Source of the DNA: an uncultured Planctomycetales bacterium
Lineage (GTDB): Bacteria; Omnitrophota; Gorgyraeia; Zapsychrales; JBDRMG01
Assembly (NCBI GenBank): GCA_964478715.1
Contig: CAYZIY010000010.1
Location: forward strand, 2,250 to 66,249
DNA: 64,000 nucleotides
Direction: 5' to 3'
Shown here piece after piece: positions 8,203 through 18,187 of this stretch. The stretch's first letter is position 1, and every line of letters starts with the position of its first letter. The notes under the pieces are model-generated. The model was not told the origin of the DNA. It saw nothing but the letters and a program-made list of their open reading frames with translations, and made no database searches. Made by a program: the position numbers and the translations under genes.

Positions 8203-9675
8203 ATGAAAAAAATAATTCTTTTTCTAAGCATCCTGTCTTTCTGCTTTTGCGCGGAGTTGCGGGCAGTTCAAGAAGACGTTAGAAAAGCCGTTGTAAAAGT
8301 TTATGCCACCTCCAATAAGATTGATTTCTTTAAACCCTGGCAATCGGAAGGAAATAATCCAAAGTATGGATCCGGTTGCATTATCTCGGGCAACCGCATT
8401 TTGACAAATGCCCACATCGTAAGCGACCACACGTTTATTCAAGTCAGAAAATATAATGATTCAAGGAAATATACAGCAAGATTAATATCGATCGGTCATG
8501 ATTGTGACTTGGCCTTGCTTACTGTTGATGATGAAAATTATTTTGACGGAGTTCCGTCTATTAAATTTGGAGATCTTCCTTTTTTACAGGATACCGTTAA
8601 TGTTTTAGGATACCCTATAGGCGGTGACAAGATCTCCATTACAGAAGGAGTGGTATCGAGAATCGAGGCTCAGCCTTATGCCCACAGCGGTAAAAGACTT
8701 TTGGCTGTTCAGATAGATGCGGCTTTAAATCCAGGCAATAGCGGAGGACCTGTTTTTCAAGACGACCGACTGATCGGCGTAGCAATGCAAGTTATCACTA
8801 ATTCCCAAAACATCGGATACATTATCCCGCGCCCTGTGATTGACCATTTCCTCAAAGATGTTGAGGATAAAAAGTATGATGGCTTTCCGCTTCTGGGAGT
8901 AAATTTTGATAGTACGGAAAATCAATCGTTGAGAAAATATTACGGGATCGAAGAGGAGGAAGGTGGGATTCTTATCTTTAGCATACTGCCCTTTTCGGGA
9001 GCGCAGGACTTTCTCGAACGGGAAGATGTTGTTCTGGCTCTGGACGATATTCCGATTTCCGTTGATGGGACGTTTTCATTTCGGGATAATGAAAGAATCC
9101 TGATGAGCCATATTATTACGATGAAAATGATCGGAGAAGAAATCAAGGTATCTCTGGTGAGAGACAGAAAGAAAATGGATATCTATGTCCCGCTTAGAAC
9201 TTTAGAGAAAGCAATTCCTGAACCATATCAGGTTCGAAGGCCGAAATATTATATTTTCGGAGGGATGATATTCTCTGAGCTGACATCCGATCTGGTTTCC
9301 AAGTGGGATCGCTCAAAATATCGAGGCCCTATCGATTATGCTTATTATGAGTACGGCTCTGGGTCGCTGAACAAAGAGCAAAGAGAAGATATTGTGATAC
9401 TGCTTAATGTCCTGCCCGGAGAAGTTAATTTGGATTACCATAACTACAATCATGAAATCATTAAGAGAGTCAACGGCCGCGAGATTAAGTCTTTTGAAGA
9501 CTTGGTTCTAAGGCTCAATGAAAAAGACAGAGTGTTTTCCGTCATTGAAACCGAAGGAGAGCGTATTATTATTCTTGAAAATGAAGAATGCCGCAATGAA
9601 AACGATATTCTCATGCAGCGATACAATATACCCAGTCCTTATTCGCCGGACATCGCCCCCTTGCTAAGCGAATGA
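8203..9675 (+). CDS. Exported HtrA/Deg serine protease with PDZ domains (plant Deg2/Deg9-like)
   Basis: Signal peptide; catalytic triad TNAH, DCDLALL, GNSGGP; PKYYIFGG second PDZ region. Confidence 0.9.
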   Translation: MKKIILFLSILSFCFCAELRAVQEDVRKAVVKVYATSNKIDFFKPWQSEGNNPKYGSGCIISGNRILTNAHIVSDHTFIQVRKYNDSRKYTARLISIGHDCDLALLTVDDENYFDGVPSIKFGDLPFLQDTVNVLGYPIGGDKISITEGVVSRIEAQPYAHSGKRLLAVQIDAALNPGNSGGPVFQDDRLIGVAMQVITNSQNIGYIIPRPVIDHFLKDVEDKKYDGFPLLGVNFDSTENQSLRKYYGIEEEEGGILIFSILPFSGAQDFLEREDVVLALDDIPISVDGTFSFRDNERILMSHIITMKMIGEEIKVSLVRDRKKMDIYVPLRTLEKAIPEPYQVRRPKYYIFGGMIFSELTSDLVSKWDRSKYRGPIDYAYYEYGSGSLNKEQREDIVILLNVLPGEVNLDYHNYNHEIIKRVNGREIKSFEDLVLRLNEKDRVFSVIETEGERIIILENEECRNENDILMQRYNIPSPYSPDIAPLLSE

Positions 9676-9689
9676 TTTTATAGTATAGT
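9661..9689 (+). promoter_or_regulatory. Sigma70-like promoter of the SET gene
   Basis: TTGCTA-17 nt-TATAGT, 10 nt before ATG 9700; no SD. Confidence 0.55.
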
Positions 9690-9699
9690 TTGCCCATCT

Positions 9700-10203
9700 A
9701 TGAAAAATAAATATATTACCATAAAAGAATCCCGTATACATCACCGGGGAGTTTTTGCAAAAATATTTATAAAAAAATCTACTCTCATTATCGAGTATGT
9801 CGGTGAGAAAATCACCAAGAGAGAGGCAGAAAGAAGGGGTGATTTACAGCTGCAAAATGCAGGTCAAGATCAAGCAAAGGGGCATGTCTATATTTTTGAG
9901 CTCAATAAATGCTATGATATTGACGGCAATGTATCTTATAATGATGCCCGCTTTATTAATCATTCCTGCGATCCGAATTGTGAAGCTGTTAACATTGATG
10001 GTCATATCTGGATTGAAGCGTCAAAAGATATCCCTAAAGGGGAAGAGCTAACCTATAATTACGGTTATCAGTTCAGCGGCGAACAGGAGCACGAATGTTT
10101 TTGCGGATCCCGTAACTGCGTTGGATATATCATTGATCAAGACCAATGGCATAAGCTTGAGAAGTGGAAGTATGAGAAAGTTAACTCATCCAGAAATCGT
10201 TGA
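9700..10203 (+). CDS. SET-domain lysine methyltransferase with post-SET motif
   Basis: GVFA, IIEYVGE, ARFINHSCDPNC, GEELTYNY, CFCGSRNCVG. Confidence 0.95.
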   Translation: MKNKYITIKESRIHHRGVFAKIFIKKSTLIIEYVGEKITKREAERRGDLQLQNAGQDQAKGHVYIFELNKCYDIDGNVSYNDARFINHSCDPNCEAVNIDGHIWIEASKDIPKGEELTYNYGYQFSGEQEHECFCGSRNCVGYIIDQDQWHKLEKWKYEKVNSSRNR

Positions 10204-10711
10204 CCGCCAGCGAAGCCGTACCCGAAAAGCCAAACTTCCCCTTCATATTGTTTTGAATAATATCAGAAGCCTCTATAATGTAGGTAGCATATTTAGAACG
10301 GCCGATGGGGTTGGTGTATCAAAAATATGGATTTGCGGAATTACGGGTAGGCCGCCTCATCCCCAAATAGCCAAAACAGCTCTGGGAGCTGAGGATTCTA
10401 TTTTATGGGAATATCAAGAAGACATTATCGGCGTTGTGAAGGATTTGAAGGCTCAAGGGTTTCAGATCGTTGCTTGTGAGCAGATTGATCAAAGCGTTTT
10501 TCATGATGAATTTATTCCCAGCGAACCGGTTTGTCTGATCATCGGAAATGAGATTGATGGTGTTTCGCCAGACCTGCTTGATCTATGCGATCAGGCCGTT
10601 GAAGTCCACATGGCGGGAATAAAGAATTCTTTAAATGTCAGCGTGGCCTTTGGAATCATTGCATATCATGTTCGCAAAATACTTATTGAGAAAAGAAGAC
10701 GCCCGCAGTGA
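10172..10711 (+). CDS. TrmH/SpoU-family RNA 2'-O-methyltransferase
   Basis: NIRSLYNVGSIFRTAD, IGNEIDG, M.GIKNSLNVSVA; start moved to ATG 10172. Confidence 0.9.
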   Translation: MRKLTHPEIVDRQRSRTRKAKLPLHIVLNNIRSLYNVGSIFRTADGVGVSKIWICGITGRPPHPQIAKTALGAEDSILWEYQEDIIGVVKDLKAQGFQIVACEQIDQSVFHDEFIPSEPVCLIIGNEIDGVSPDLLDLCDQAVEVHMAGIKNSLNVSVAFGIIAYHVRKILIEKRRRPQ

Positions 10712-10766
10712 GTCAGTGGATAAAACAGCGTATTACCTCTTCGGCTCTTAGGTTGAATGAGGCCGC

Positions 10767-11441
10767 ATGAAAATAATTCATTTAAAATTAAAGGCGGTTA
10801 TATTCGACATGGACGGTGTGATCACTAATACCATGCCAGATCACTATCGTGCCTGGAAAGAGATCTTCTCTCGATACGGCATTGATGTTGATCATCAAGA
10901 TATCTATAAGCGGGAAGGGCAGACCGGCATTCAAAGTGTTTTTGAGATTTTTCATGATTACAATAAATCGATTAACCGTAAACTTGCCTGTAATATTTTG
11001 AAACAAAAAGAAAAATTTTTTAAAAAGATTGTTAAAAGAAGATTTGTGCCGGGATCCCGAAAATGGATTAAAGATTTAAGAAAGGAGGAATTTTGTCTTG
11101 GACTGGTTACGGGAACAAGCCGCCATGAGCTTAAGCGCATCCTGCCAAAGAATATAAGAAAATCCTTTGACGTAATTATTACCGGGACGGATGTAAAAAA
11201 AGGAAAGCCGCATCCTCAACCTTATGTCAAGGCTATACAACAATTGAAGATAAAGCCAGTACAGGGAGTGGCTATTGAGAATGCGCCTTTTGGAATCGAA
11301 TCGGCCCGGAAAGCAGGCCTCAAGTGTTTGGCTATAGAAACCTCTCTGGACCGAAAACACCTAAAGAAAACGAAATTTATCTATAAAAATATTCAAGATT
11401 TAAGAGAACACGTCACTTTTAATATTAATGAACCCAAATGA
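10767..11441 (+). CDS. HAD-superfamily phosphatase (beta-PGM-like)
   Basis: IFDMDGV, GKPHPQPY, IENAPFGI. Confidence 0.9.
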   Translation: MKIIHLKLKAVIFDMDGVITNTMPDHYRAWKEIFSRYGIDVDHQDIYKREGQTGIQSVFEIFHDYNKSINRKLACNILKQKEKFFKKIVKRRFVPGSRKWIKDLRKEEFCLGLVTGTSRHELKRILPKNIRKSFDVIITGTDVKKGKPHPQPYVKAIQQLKIKPVQGVAIENAPFGIESARKAGLKCLAIETSLDRKHLKKTKFIYKNIQDLREHVTFNINEPK

Positions 11442-12300
11442 CATCATGATTTTGCTCATCTATAAAAAAAGCGCATATCAAATATATTTCATAGATAATA
11501 GAAATTATTTTGTTAAAGATCGCAGTGTTTTAATAAAAAAGGAGATTGCGCTTTTAAAAAAGTCACACGAAGTCCACGAAAATACTCTGTTAACGGTTGA
11601 GGCCACACTGCAGAAGCTTAATCTGGTCTACGAAAAATGTTATCGCGCGCGTGGTTGCAGCACCAAGGTCTTTGACCTTATCATCACTGTTGGGGGTGAC
11701 GGAACATTTTTAGAAGCGGCTTCCCGGGCTGAAAACCAGCCTTTGCTGGGTGTGAATTCGGATCCCAAGAGAAGCCTGGGAAAGTATTGTATTGCCGAGG
11801 CCTGCAACTTTGAAGACATTCTTAAAAAAGTGCTTGAAAAGAAAATCAAACCCAAAAAGATAAATCGCCTTAAGGGGAGCATAAACAGAAAAAAAAGTTT
11901 TTGTTTTGTAAACGATATCTTGATCTGCCACAAGAATCATGCGGCGATAAGCCGTTATGCTCTGGTGATTGGCCGGGAGCAGGAGATTCAAAGGAGTTCA
12001 GGGATTTGGATATCAACGGCTACCGGGTCCACCGGTGCTATCCGATCGGCGGGAGGGAAGGTTTTAAGGGCTTCTTTACCTCACGGACAGTATCGACCGC
12101 GCGAATTACATCCCTGGCCGATTAAAAACTATCGATTTAAAGGCCATGTGCTTGATTTTAAAGAAAGATTCAGAGTTATCAGCCTTATGAGGAAGGGTGT
12201 TATCTACGTTGACGGTTCACATGTCAGCTATGATTTTTCATTCGGAAAAACAATAGAGGTCCGGCTGTCAACCAATCCGGTAAAGGCATTTCTGAAATGA
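11428..12300 (+). CDS. nadK: NAD(H) kinase
   Basis: GGDGT, GVNSDP, VND, STATGSTG..SAGG. Confidence 0.85.
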   Translation: MNPNDIMILLIYKKSAYQIYFIDNRNYFVKDRSVLIKKEIALLKKSHEVHENTLLTVEATLQKLNLVYEKCYRARGCSTKVFDLIITVGGDGTFLEAASRAENQPLLGVNSDPKRSLGKYCIAEACNFEDILKKVLEKKIKPKKINRLKGSINRKKSFCFVNDILICHKNHAAISRYALVIGREQEIQRSSGIWISTATGSTGAIRSAGGKVLRASLPHGQYRPRELHPWPIKNYRFKGHVLDFKERFRVISLMRKGVIYVDGSHVSYDFSFGKTIEVRLSTNPVKAFLK

Positions 12301-13352
12301 GTGAGCCCAATAAGATAATCGCCGCTAATTTATTGCGATGGTATTGCAGAAATGCCCGGAATTTGCCTTGGCGAAAAACAAAAGATCCTTATAAAATTTG
12401 GATTTCAGAGGTTATGTTACAGCAGACAACCGTAAAAACCGTGATTCCTTATTATGAGGGATGGATAAAAACATTTCCGGCTGTTCAGGAAGTCGCTCGC
12501 GCATCCTTGCAAAAAGTTTTGAGGATATGGCAGGGGTTGGGATATTATTCACGCGCAAAAAACATTCATAAATGCGCCAAGATTTTTGCAAAAAAATACA
12601 ACGCAAGAATTCCAAAGAATCCTGAAATTCTTAATTCCTTGCCCGGATTTGGCCCTTACACAACAGGGGCTGTTTTGAGTATTGCCTACGATTATCCTAT
12701 ACCCATCATCGATGCCAATGTGCGACGAGTAATGATGAGATTGATGAAAATCAATGGATACTCCTTAGCGACTCAAGATAAAAAGATTTGGCCCGTACTT
12801 ATGGAAATCCTACCACAGAAATATTCGGGTGATTTTAATCAAGCTCTCATGGAGGTGGGTGCTCTGATTTGCAAAAGCAACGAGCCTTTATGTGAAAAAT
12901 GCCCTCTTAAAAATCAATGCGAAGCGCGAAAGGACGGGATTCAGGATTCCATTCCTCGCGTCAAAGCAAGCAAAATCCAGCGTATTAAAGCTGTTGTGGG
13001 CGTTATTGAACATCAAGGGAAGATTTTGATTCAAAAAAGAACTTCCGGAAATTTATTTGCCGGGCTTTGGGAATTTCCCGGAGGAAAGATTGAGGAGCGG
13101 GAGCAGCCGCATCAAGCGCTCAAGAGGGAATTAATGGAAGAATTGGGATGTCAGTTACAATCGTTCCACAGACTGACATCTTTAAAACATTATTACACCA
13201 AATTTTGTGCGCATCTTGATGTTTTTCAATGCACTCTTAAAGGACAGCCGGTTTTAAGCAAAAATAGACGTTATGTCAGTTTAAAAAATATGGGTCACTA
13301 CCCCATGCCATCGGCTTCAGTGAGAATCATAAAAAAATTGAAATCAATATAG
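12297..13352 (+). CDS. mutY: A/G-specific adenine glycosylase with C-terminal Nudix domain
   Basis: RNLPWR, SEVMLQQT, GLGYYSRA, HhH LPGFGPYT, DANVRRV, CX6CX2CX5C cluster, Nudix box. Confidence 0.95.
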   Translation: MSEPNKIIAANLLRWYCRNARNLPWRKTKDPYKIWISEVMLQQTTVKTVIPYYEGWIKTFPAVQEVARASLQKVLRIWQGLGYYSRAKNIHKCAKIFAKKYNARIPKNPEILNSLPGFGPYTTGAVLSIAYDYPIPIIDANVRRVMMRLMKINGYSLATQDKKIWPVLMEILPQKYSGDFNQALMEVGALICKSNEPLCEKCPLKNQCEARKDGIQDSIPRVKASKIQRIKAVVGVIEHQGKILIQKRTSGNLFAGLWEFPGGKIEEREQPHQALKRELMEELGCQLQSFHRLTSLKHYYTKFCAHLDVFQCTLKGQPVLSKNRRYVSLKNMGHYPMPSASVRIIKKLKSI

Positions 13353-14141
13353 ATGAAGAACAGAAAGAGCAAAAAAACTATTTTACTGACCAATGATGAC
13401 GGCATCTTTTCAGATGGGATTATGGCCGTTTATAAACAACTAATCAAAAAGGCCCATGTGGTTATTGTTGCTCCCGATTACGAGAAGAGTTCAGTCAGTC
13501 ACGGCATTACGCTTTCGTCCCCTTTGTCCGTCAATCAAGTAAAACGTGAAGGAAAGTTATTCGGCTATGCTGTTAATGGAACGCCGGCCGATTGCGTGAA
13601 GCTAGCCTGCGCAGAATTATTGAACAAGAGGCCTGATCTGATTGTTTCCGGTATCAATCTTGGTCCTAATGATGGATGCAGCGTTTTTTATTCTGGAACC
13701 GTTGCCGCAGCGAGAGAAGGGGCGCTTTTGGGGATTCCTTCGGTCGCCGTTTCGCTTGCGACATTTGTTGATCCTGATTATCAGCTTGCGGCTCGTTTTA
13801 TGGGGAAAATCGTTGAGTTTATGAACATGCATAAACTACCCAAGGGGTGTTTCTTGAACGTGAATGTTCCCAACAAGAAAAAAGACTCAATTAGGGGAAT
13901 CAAGATCACAAAGCAGGGTGAAAGACCCATTCACAGTCGATTTTATGTTCGAACCAATCCTCATTCGAAATTATATTATTGGCTCGCCGGAGAAGTCGAC
14001 CAAACCGAAAAGGATCTTGAGACCGATACCTACGCTTTATCAAAAAATTATGTGACAGTGACTCCCCTATCCTGCTCCACAAATAATGAATTGCTGATAC
14101 GTGAAATCGAGAAAATCGGCACTCTTCCTAAGAAAATATAA
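13353..14141 (+). CDS. surE: 5'/3'-nucleotidase SurE
   Basis: LLTNDDG, GTPADCV, SGINLG.N, YSGTVAAA.EG. Confidence 0.95.
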   Translation: MKNRKSKKTILLTNDDGIFSDGIMAVYKQLIKKAHVVIVAPDYEKSSVSHGITLSSPLSVNQVKREGKLFGYAVNGTPADCVKLACAELLNKRPDLIVSGINLGPNDGCSVFYSGTVAAAREGALLGIPSVAVSLATFVDPDYQLAARFMGKIVEFMNMHKLPKGCFLNVNVPNKKKDSIRGIKITKQGERPIHSRFYVRTNPHSKLYYWLAGEVDQTEKDLETDTYALSKNYVTVTPLSCSTNNELLIREIEKIGTLPKKI

Positions 14142-14185
14142 TTTAGGGTTAAAATTATACCAAAGTGCTATAAAATAATAGTGTT

Positions 14186-15247
14186 ATGATGAAATGTAAG
14201 TCATTGACGAGTGCGAGCGTTTTAATTATGGATGATCAGAAGCTTCATATTAAGCTTCTGGAGTCTATTTTGCATAATCATGGATTTACCAATGTTCAAA
14301 GCTCCCAGGATCCTCGCCAGGGAATGATCCTTTTCGAAAAAGTCAAGCCCGATCTTTTGATTTTAGATCTGAATATGCCTCATTTGGACGGTTTTCAGAT
14401 CATGGAAAAACTCCAAGATAGACGCAGCAGCGAATTCCTGCCTATTTTAATCTGTACCAATGAACTGGGAATTGAGGGTCGCGTCAAGGCTTTTGAACGG
14501 GGTGCTAATGATTATATTAACATTCCTTATGAAAGCGTTGAGATTATTACGCGCATCAAAAATTTAATCGAGATGCGACATTTGCATCTTGAACTGTCTG
14601 ATCAAAAAGATATATTGGAACAAAAAGTCAAAGATCGGACCAGAGAACTTAAAGAGACACAGCATGATATTATTCGGCGATTAGCCCGGGCCGCAGAATA
14701 CCGGGACAACGAAACCGGGATGCACATAGCCAGAATGAGTCATTATAGCGTTGCCCTAGGAAAGGCATCGGGATTGTCAGATGGTCAATGCGAACTTCTT
14801 CATCATGCGAGTCCGCTTCACGATGTCGGAAAGATTGGAATTCCCGATAATATCTTACTAAAACCGGGCAAATTAACTAATCAAGAGTATGAGATTATGA
14901 AGACGCATACAACTATTGGCGCGCAATTGCTTTCAGAAAGCAGCTCGCCCTTGATGCAGATGGCAGAGATTATAGCTTTAACTCATCAAGAGAAATGGGA
15001 CGGAAGTGGTTACCCGAAAGGCTTAAAAGGAGAAGAGATTCCATTAGTAGGGCGCCTTTGCGGTCTTTGCGATTGTTTTGATGCCCTAACCTCGTCACGA
15101 CCGTATAAAGAAGCCTGGCCGTTCGATAAGGCCATTGAAGAAATTAAGAAACAGAAGGCGAAGCAATTTGATCCCCGGATTGTTGAAATATTTCTTCAAA
15201 TCCTAAAGCAAATACATTCCATTTATTGTCAATATAGAGATGAATAA
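14186..15247 (+). CDS. Response regulator with HD-GYP c-di-GMP phosphodiesterase domain (RpfG-like)
   Basis: REC (LDLNMP), RD.ETG.H, LHDVGKIG, HQEKWDGSGYP, FDAL...RPYK. Confidence 0.92.
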   Translation: MMKCKSLTSASVLIMDDQKLHIKLLESILHNHGFTNVQSSQDPRQGMILFEKVKPDLLILDLNMPHLDGFQIMEKLQDRRSSEFLPILICTNELGIEGRVKAFERGANDYINIPYESVEIITRIKNLIEMRHLHLELSDQKDILEQKVKDRTRELKETQHDIIRRLARAAEYRDNETGMHIARMSHYSVALGKASGLSDGQCELLHHASPLHDVGKIGIPDNILLKPGKLTNQEYEIMKTHTTIGAQLLSESSSPLMQMAEIIALTHQEKWDGSGYPKGLKGEEIPLVGRLCGLCDCFDALTSSRPYKEAWPFDKAIEEIKKQKAKQFDPRIVEIFLQILKQIHSIYCQYRDE

Positions 15248-17135
15248 TAACAGCCAGAAAGTCAAAACATTTTTCTATCCTCGTATTCCCGTGCTCGATT
15301 TGAGCGATGGTCCGGATATGTATGCGGAATTCACGACGGAAGCTCTCAGCTTTCTGATGATGATCGAAAACCTGATCTATACGATAGAATCCGGCTCCGA
15401 CACTCAGCAAAATCAAGAAACGATTTATAAGATTTTTCACACGATAAGAGGTTTATCTGATTTTCTTAATCTCGAAGATATAAGTTTTCTGGCTTTCGAG
15501 GCGGAAAAACTATTGGAGCAGACCAGAAAAGGACATCTCTTATTTCAGGGTGAAATCAAAGACACGCTGGCGGAGGCGATCAGTACTATCAGAAAATTGC
15601 TGATTCTTCTCAATGAACAGATTAACAACGTCGGGGAACTCAAAAGCGACTATATTAATATTGGTCCTGTTATTGAAAAAATAAGACAATGCCGGGAAAA
15701 GGCGGATACTCAAAGTCCTGCTGTTTATGATGATCAGAGAATGCTTTCGAAATTCAAGAAAGATATTCGAGATATTGATCTCAAGAATCTGGAAGCACGT
15801 TTACAGGCCGATGATCAACAACCGCTTTGCGATAAAAAGACCTTAAGAAAATTGATTCAAATAGCCAAAGAAGCTAAAAATAATATAAAGGACATCGAAA
15901 ATAAACTTTTCGCAAGACAGAATGAGTTGATCAAAGAAAGAGATTTTGCCATCACCCTCAGCCAGCAGGCGCAAGGCGTGGCCAGGATGAAAAGTAATTT
16001 CCTGGCAAGCGTCACTCACGACATCAGAACATTGATTACATCAATTTTAGGATTCTCCGATCTGCTTTCAAGAGATGCTCTTAACGAAAAACAAAAAGAA
16101 CGAATTGCCATGATTACATCTAGCGGATCATTGCTCTTGAGTCTGGTGAACAACATTCTTGATTTCTCTAAAATAGAACAGGGCAAGCTAAAGCTGGAGA
16201 GTATTGAATTTGATCTAGACCAATTGATTGACGAAACGATAAATATTCTTTCGTCCAGAGTCGATGAAAATAATCTCAAGCTTGATTATCATATTGAGCA
16301 AAATATTGAAACAAACTTGATAGGTGATCCAACTCGCTTAAAACAGGTGCTGTTGAATTTGATCGATAATGCGATTAAATTCACGCCCAGTGGTTATGTA
16401 ACCTTAAAAGTTATGAGCAATCAACAGAAAGAACGGAAAGATAAGGATGTTCTTCCGCTAGTGTTTCAAGTAGAGGATACGGGAATAGGAATACCAGAAG
16501 AAAAGAAAGAATTAATTTTTGAATCATTTACCCAGGCCGATATTTCAACGGCAAGACAGTTCGGCGGAAGCGGTCTAGGTTTATCCATATGCCGAAGCTA
16601 TGTTCAGCTTATGGGAGGCAAGATCTGGGTCAAATCAAAAACCGGGGAAGGAAGCACTTTTATCTTTACTGCCGATTTCAAGAAAAAGAAGGAATCGATT
16701 GGGAAAGAAGCAAGTGAAAAAGTAATATCTCAGAAAAATCGCGAGGAAGAAATTCTCAAAAGCGATTGTTCCAAAGCCAGAGTGCTTGTGGCCGAAGACA
16801 GCGTGACAAACCAGGAATTGATGTCGGCTTATTTTGAGTCTTTCGGCTGTATGGGAGATTATGCGTCAAATGGAAAAGAAGCCATTGAAAAAATAAAGAA
16901 TAACGATTATGATATGTGTTTGATGGATATTCAGATGCCGCTTTGTAACGGATTGGAAGCCACGCGGGTTATCAGAAGAGAATTGAACAATAAGATTCCG
17001 ATTATTGCCTTAACGGCTGCGGCTACGGAAGAAGAAAAGAAGCAGTGTCGGCTGGCGGGAATGACGGATCACCTGTCAAAGCCCTTCCAAATGATTGAAT
17101 TAAAAGAAATTGTTTTGAAATACAAGAAGCGTTAG
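15240..17135 (+). CDS. Cytoplasmic hybrid histidine kinase, Hpt-HisKA-HATPase-REC
   Basis: N-terminal IFHTIRGLSDFL (CheA P1-like), H-box THDIRT, N/G1/F/G2 boxes, REC MDIQMP; no TM helices. Confidence 0.9.
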   Translation: MNNNSQKVKTFFYPRIPVLDLSDGPDMYAEFTTEALSFLMMIENLIYTIESGSDTQQNQETIYKIFHTIRGLSDFLNLEDISFLAFEAEKLLEQTRKGHLLFQGEIKDTLAEAISTIRKLLILLNEQINNVGELKSDYINIGPVIEKIRQCREKADTQSPAVYDDQRMLSKFKKDIRDIDLKNLEARLQADDQQPLCDKKTLRKLIQIAKEAKNNIKDIENKLFARQNELIKERDFAITLSQQAQGVARMKSNFLASVTHDIRTLITSILGFSDLLSRDALNEKQKERIAMITSSGSLLLSLVNNILDFSKIEQGKLKLESIEFDLDQLIDETINILSSRVDENNLKLDYHIEQNIETNLIGDPTRLKQVLLNLIDNAIKFTPSGYVTLKVMSNQQKERKDKDVLPLVFQVEDTGIGIPEEKKELIFESFTQADISTARQFGGSGLGLSICRSYVQLMGGKIWVKSKTGEGSTFIFTADFKKKKESIGKEASEKVISQKNREEEILKSDCSKARVLVAEDSVTNQELMSAYFESFGCMGDYASNGKEAIEKIKNNDYDMCLMDIQMPLCNGLEATRVIRRELNNKIPIIALTAAATEEEKKQCRLAGMTDHLSKPFQMIELKEIVLKYKKR

Positions 17136-17149
17136 TTAAGGAGAATTTT

Positions 17150-17527
17150 GTGAAAATACTTGTGATTGACGATTCGGACCTCGAGCGGGAGCTACTTATT
17201 GAGGTTCTCAAAGGAGCCGGTGTTAAGGATGAATTCCTGCAGGCGCGAAGCGGTGAAGAAGCGATCCAGATTTTGGGGACACGGTTTAAGGAAATAGGAT
17301 TAATACTTCTCGACTGGCAGATGCCGGAAATGTCCGGAATGGAATTTATGGAAGGTGTGGTAAAAGTGCCTACGGTTGCCAAAATTCCCATCGTTATGGT
17401 GACCGCTTCGGGATCGGAAGAAAATAAAAAGAAAGCCAAAGAAGTCAATCCGAATTTGGCAGGTTATGTGGTAAAACCTTACACGCCCAACTCATTACTC
17501 GATACGATCAAACCCTATATTTCATAA
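17150..17527 (+). CDS. CheY-like single-domain response regulator
   Basis: IDDS, LLDWQMP, MVTA, VKPY; GTG start with AAGGAG SD. Confidence 0.9.
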   Translation: MKILVIDDSDLERELLIEVLKGAGVKDEFLQARSGEEAIQILGTRFKEIGLILLDWQMPEMSGMEFMEGVVKVPTVAKIPIVMVTASGSEENKKKAKEVNPNLAGYVVKPYTPNSLLDTIKPYIS

Positions 17528-17533
17528 CAATAT

Positions 17534-18121
17534 TTGATTATGTTATTTGGAAAAAAACAAAATCCTGAACTGGACAAATTTGGAGAGGTTCTAAAAAAGA
17601 GCATCAAAGCACTCTTTATGGAAAGAGGAGAATTGAAGTTTTCCCAAGAGCCTGAAATGGTCAGGCGGGATATCTTGGAATATGAGGGACGAATGAGGGC
17701 TGATGGGATGGAAAAATTTAATGGTCCGACCTATGTTGCTACCCTCAATTATTATTTAAATACCAGCGATATGGAAAAAAGCAAGGCTGTCGGAGTCTTG
17801 GTGGTATATATTCTTCAGAGCTATATGGCGATATTGATGAAAAAGCTAAAGTATCCAAAAGTCGATGATGAAGATGAGGATGCACTCAAGGATTCTTGCG
17901 GAACATTATGCAATATCATTGGGGGAAGGTATAAATCGGATATTTCATCAAACGGTTATCAGGAGTTAGAAATGTCTCCTTTTGCGACGTACCGTAACAG
18001 CGCATCTGACGGCGTCGCCTTTTGTTTTAGCGAGTATGAAAAAGTCGAAATATCTTTTTTTCTGGATAAAGAAAAAAAAATGGTTGTTGAAGTTTCAATG
18101 GGCATTGTCCCAAAGCGATAA
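17534..18121 (+). CDS. CheX/CheC-like protein with degenerate phosphatase motif
   Basis: DSCGTLCNIIGG..K resembles the CheX D..GE..NI..G segment with E replaced by T. Confidence 0.5.
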   Translation: MIMLFGKKQNPELDKFGEVLKKSIKALFMERGELKFSQEPEMVRRDILEYEGRMRADGMEKFNGPTYVATLNYYLNTSDMEKSKAVGVLVVYILQSYMAILMKKLKYPKVDDEDEDALKDSCGTLCNIIGGRYKSDISSNGYQELEMSPFATYRNSASDGVAFCFSEYEKVEISFFLDKEKKMVVEVSMGIVPKR

Positions 18122-18187
18122 AAACAAAATTAATTATTTTATTATTCGACTCAACTTTCATTTATAGTACAATAAGGACGGTGAAAA

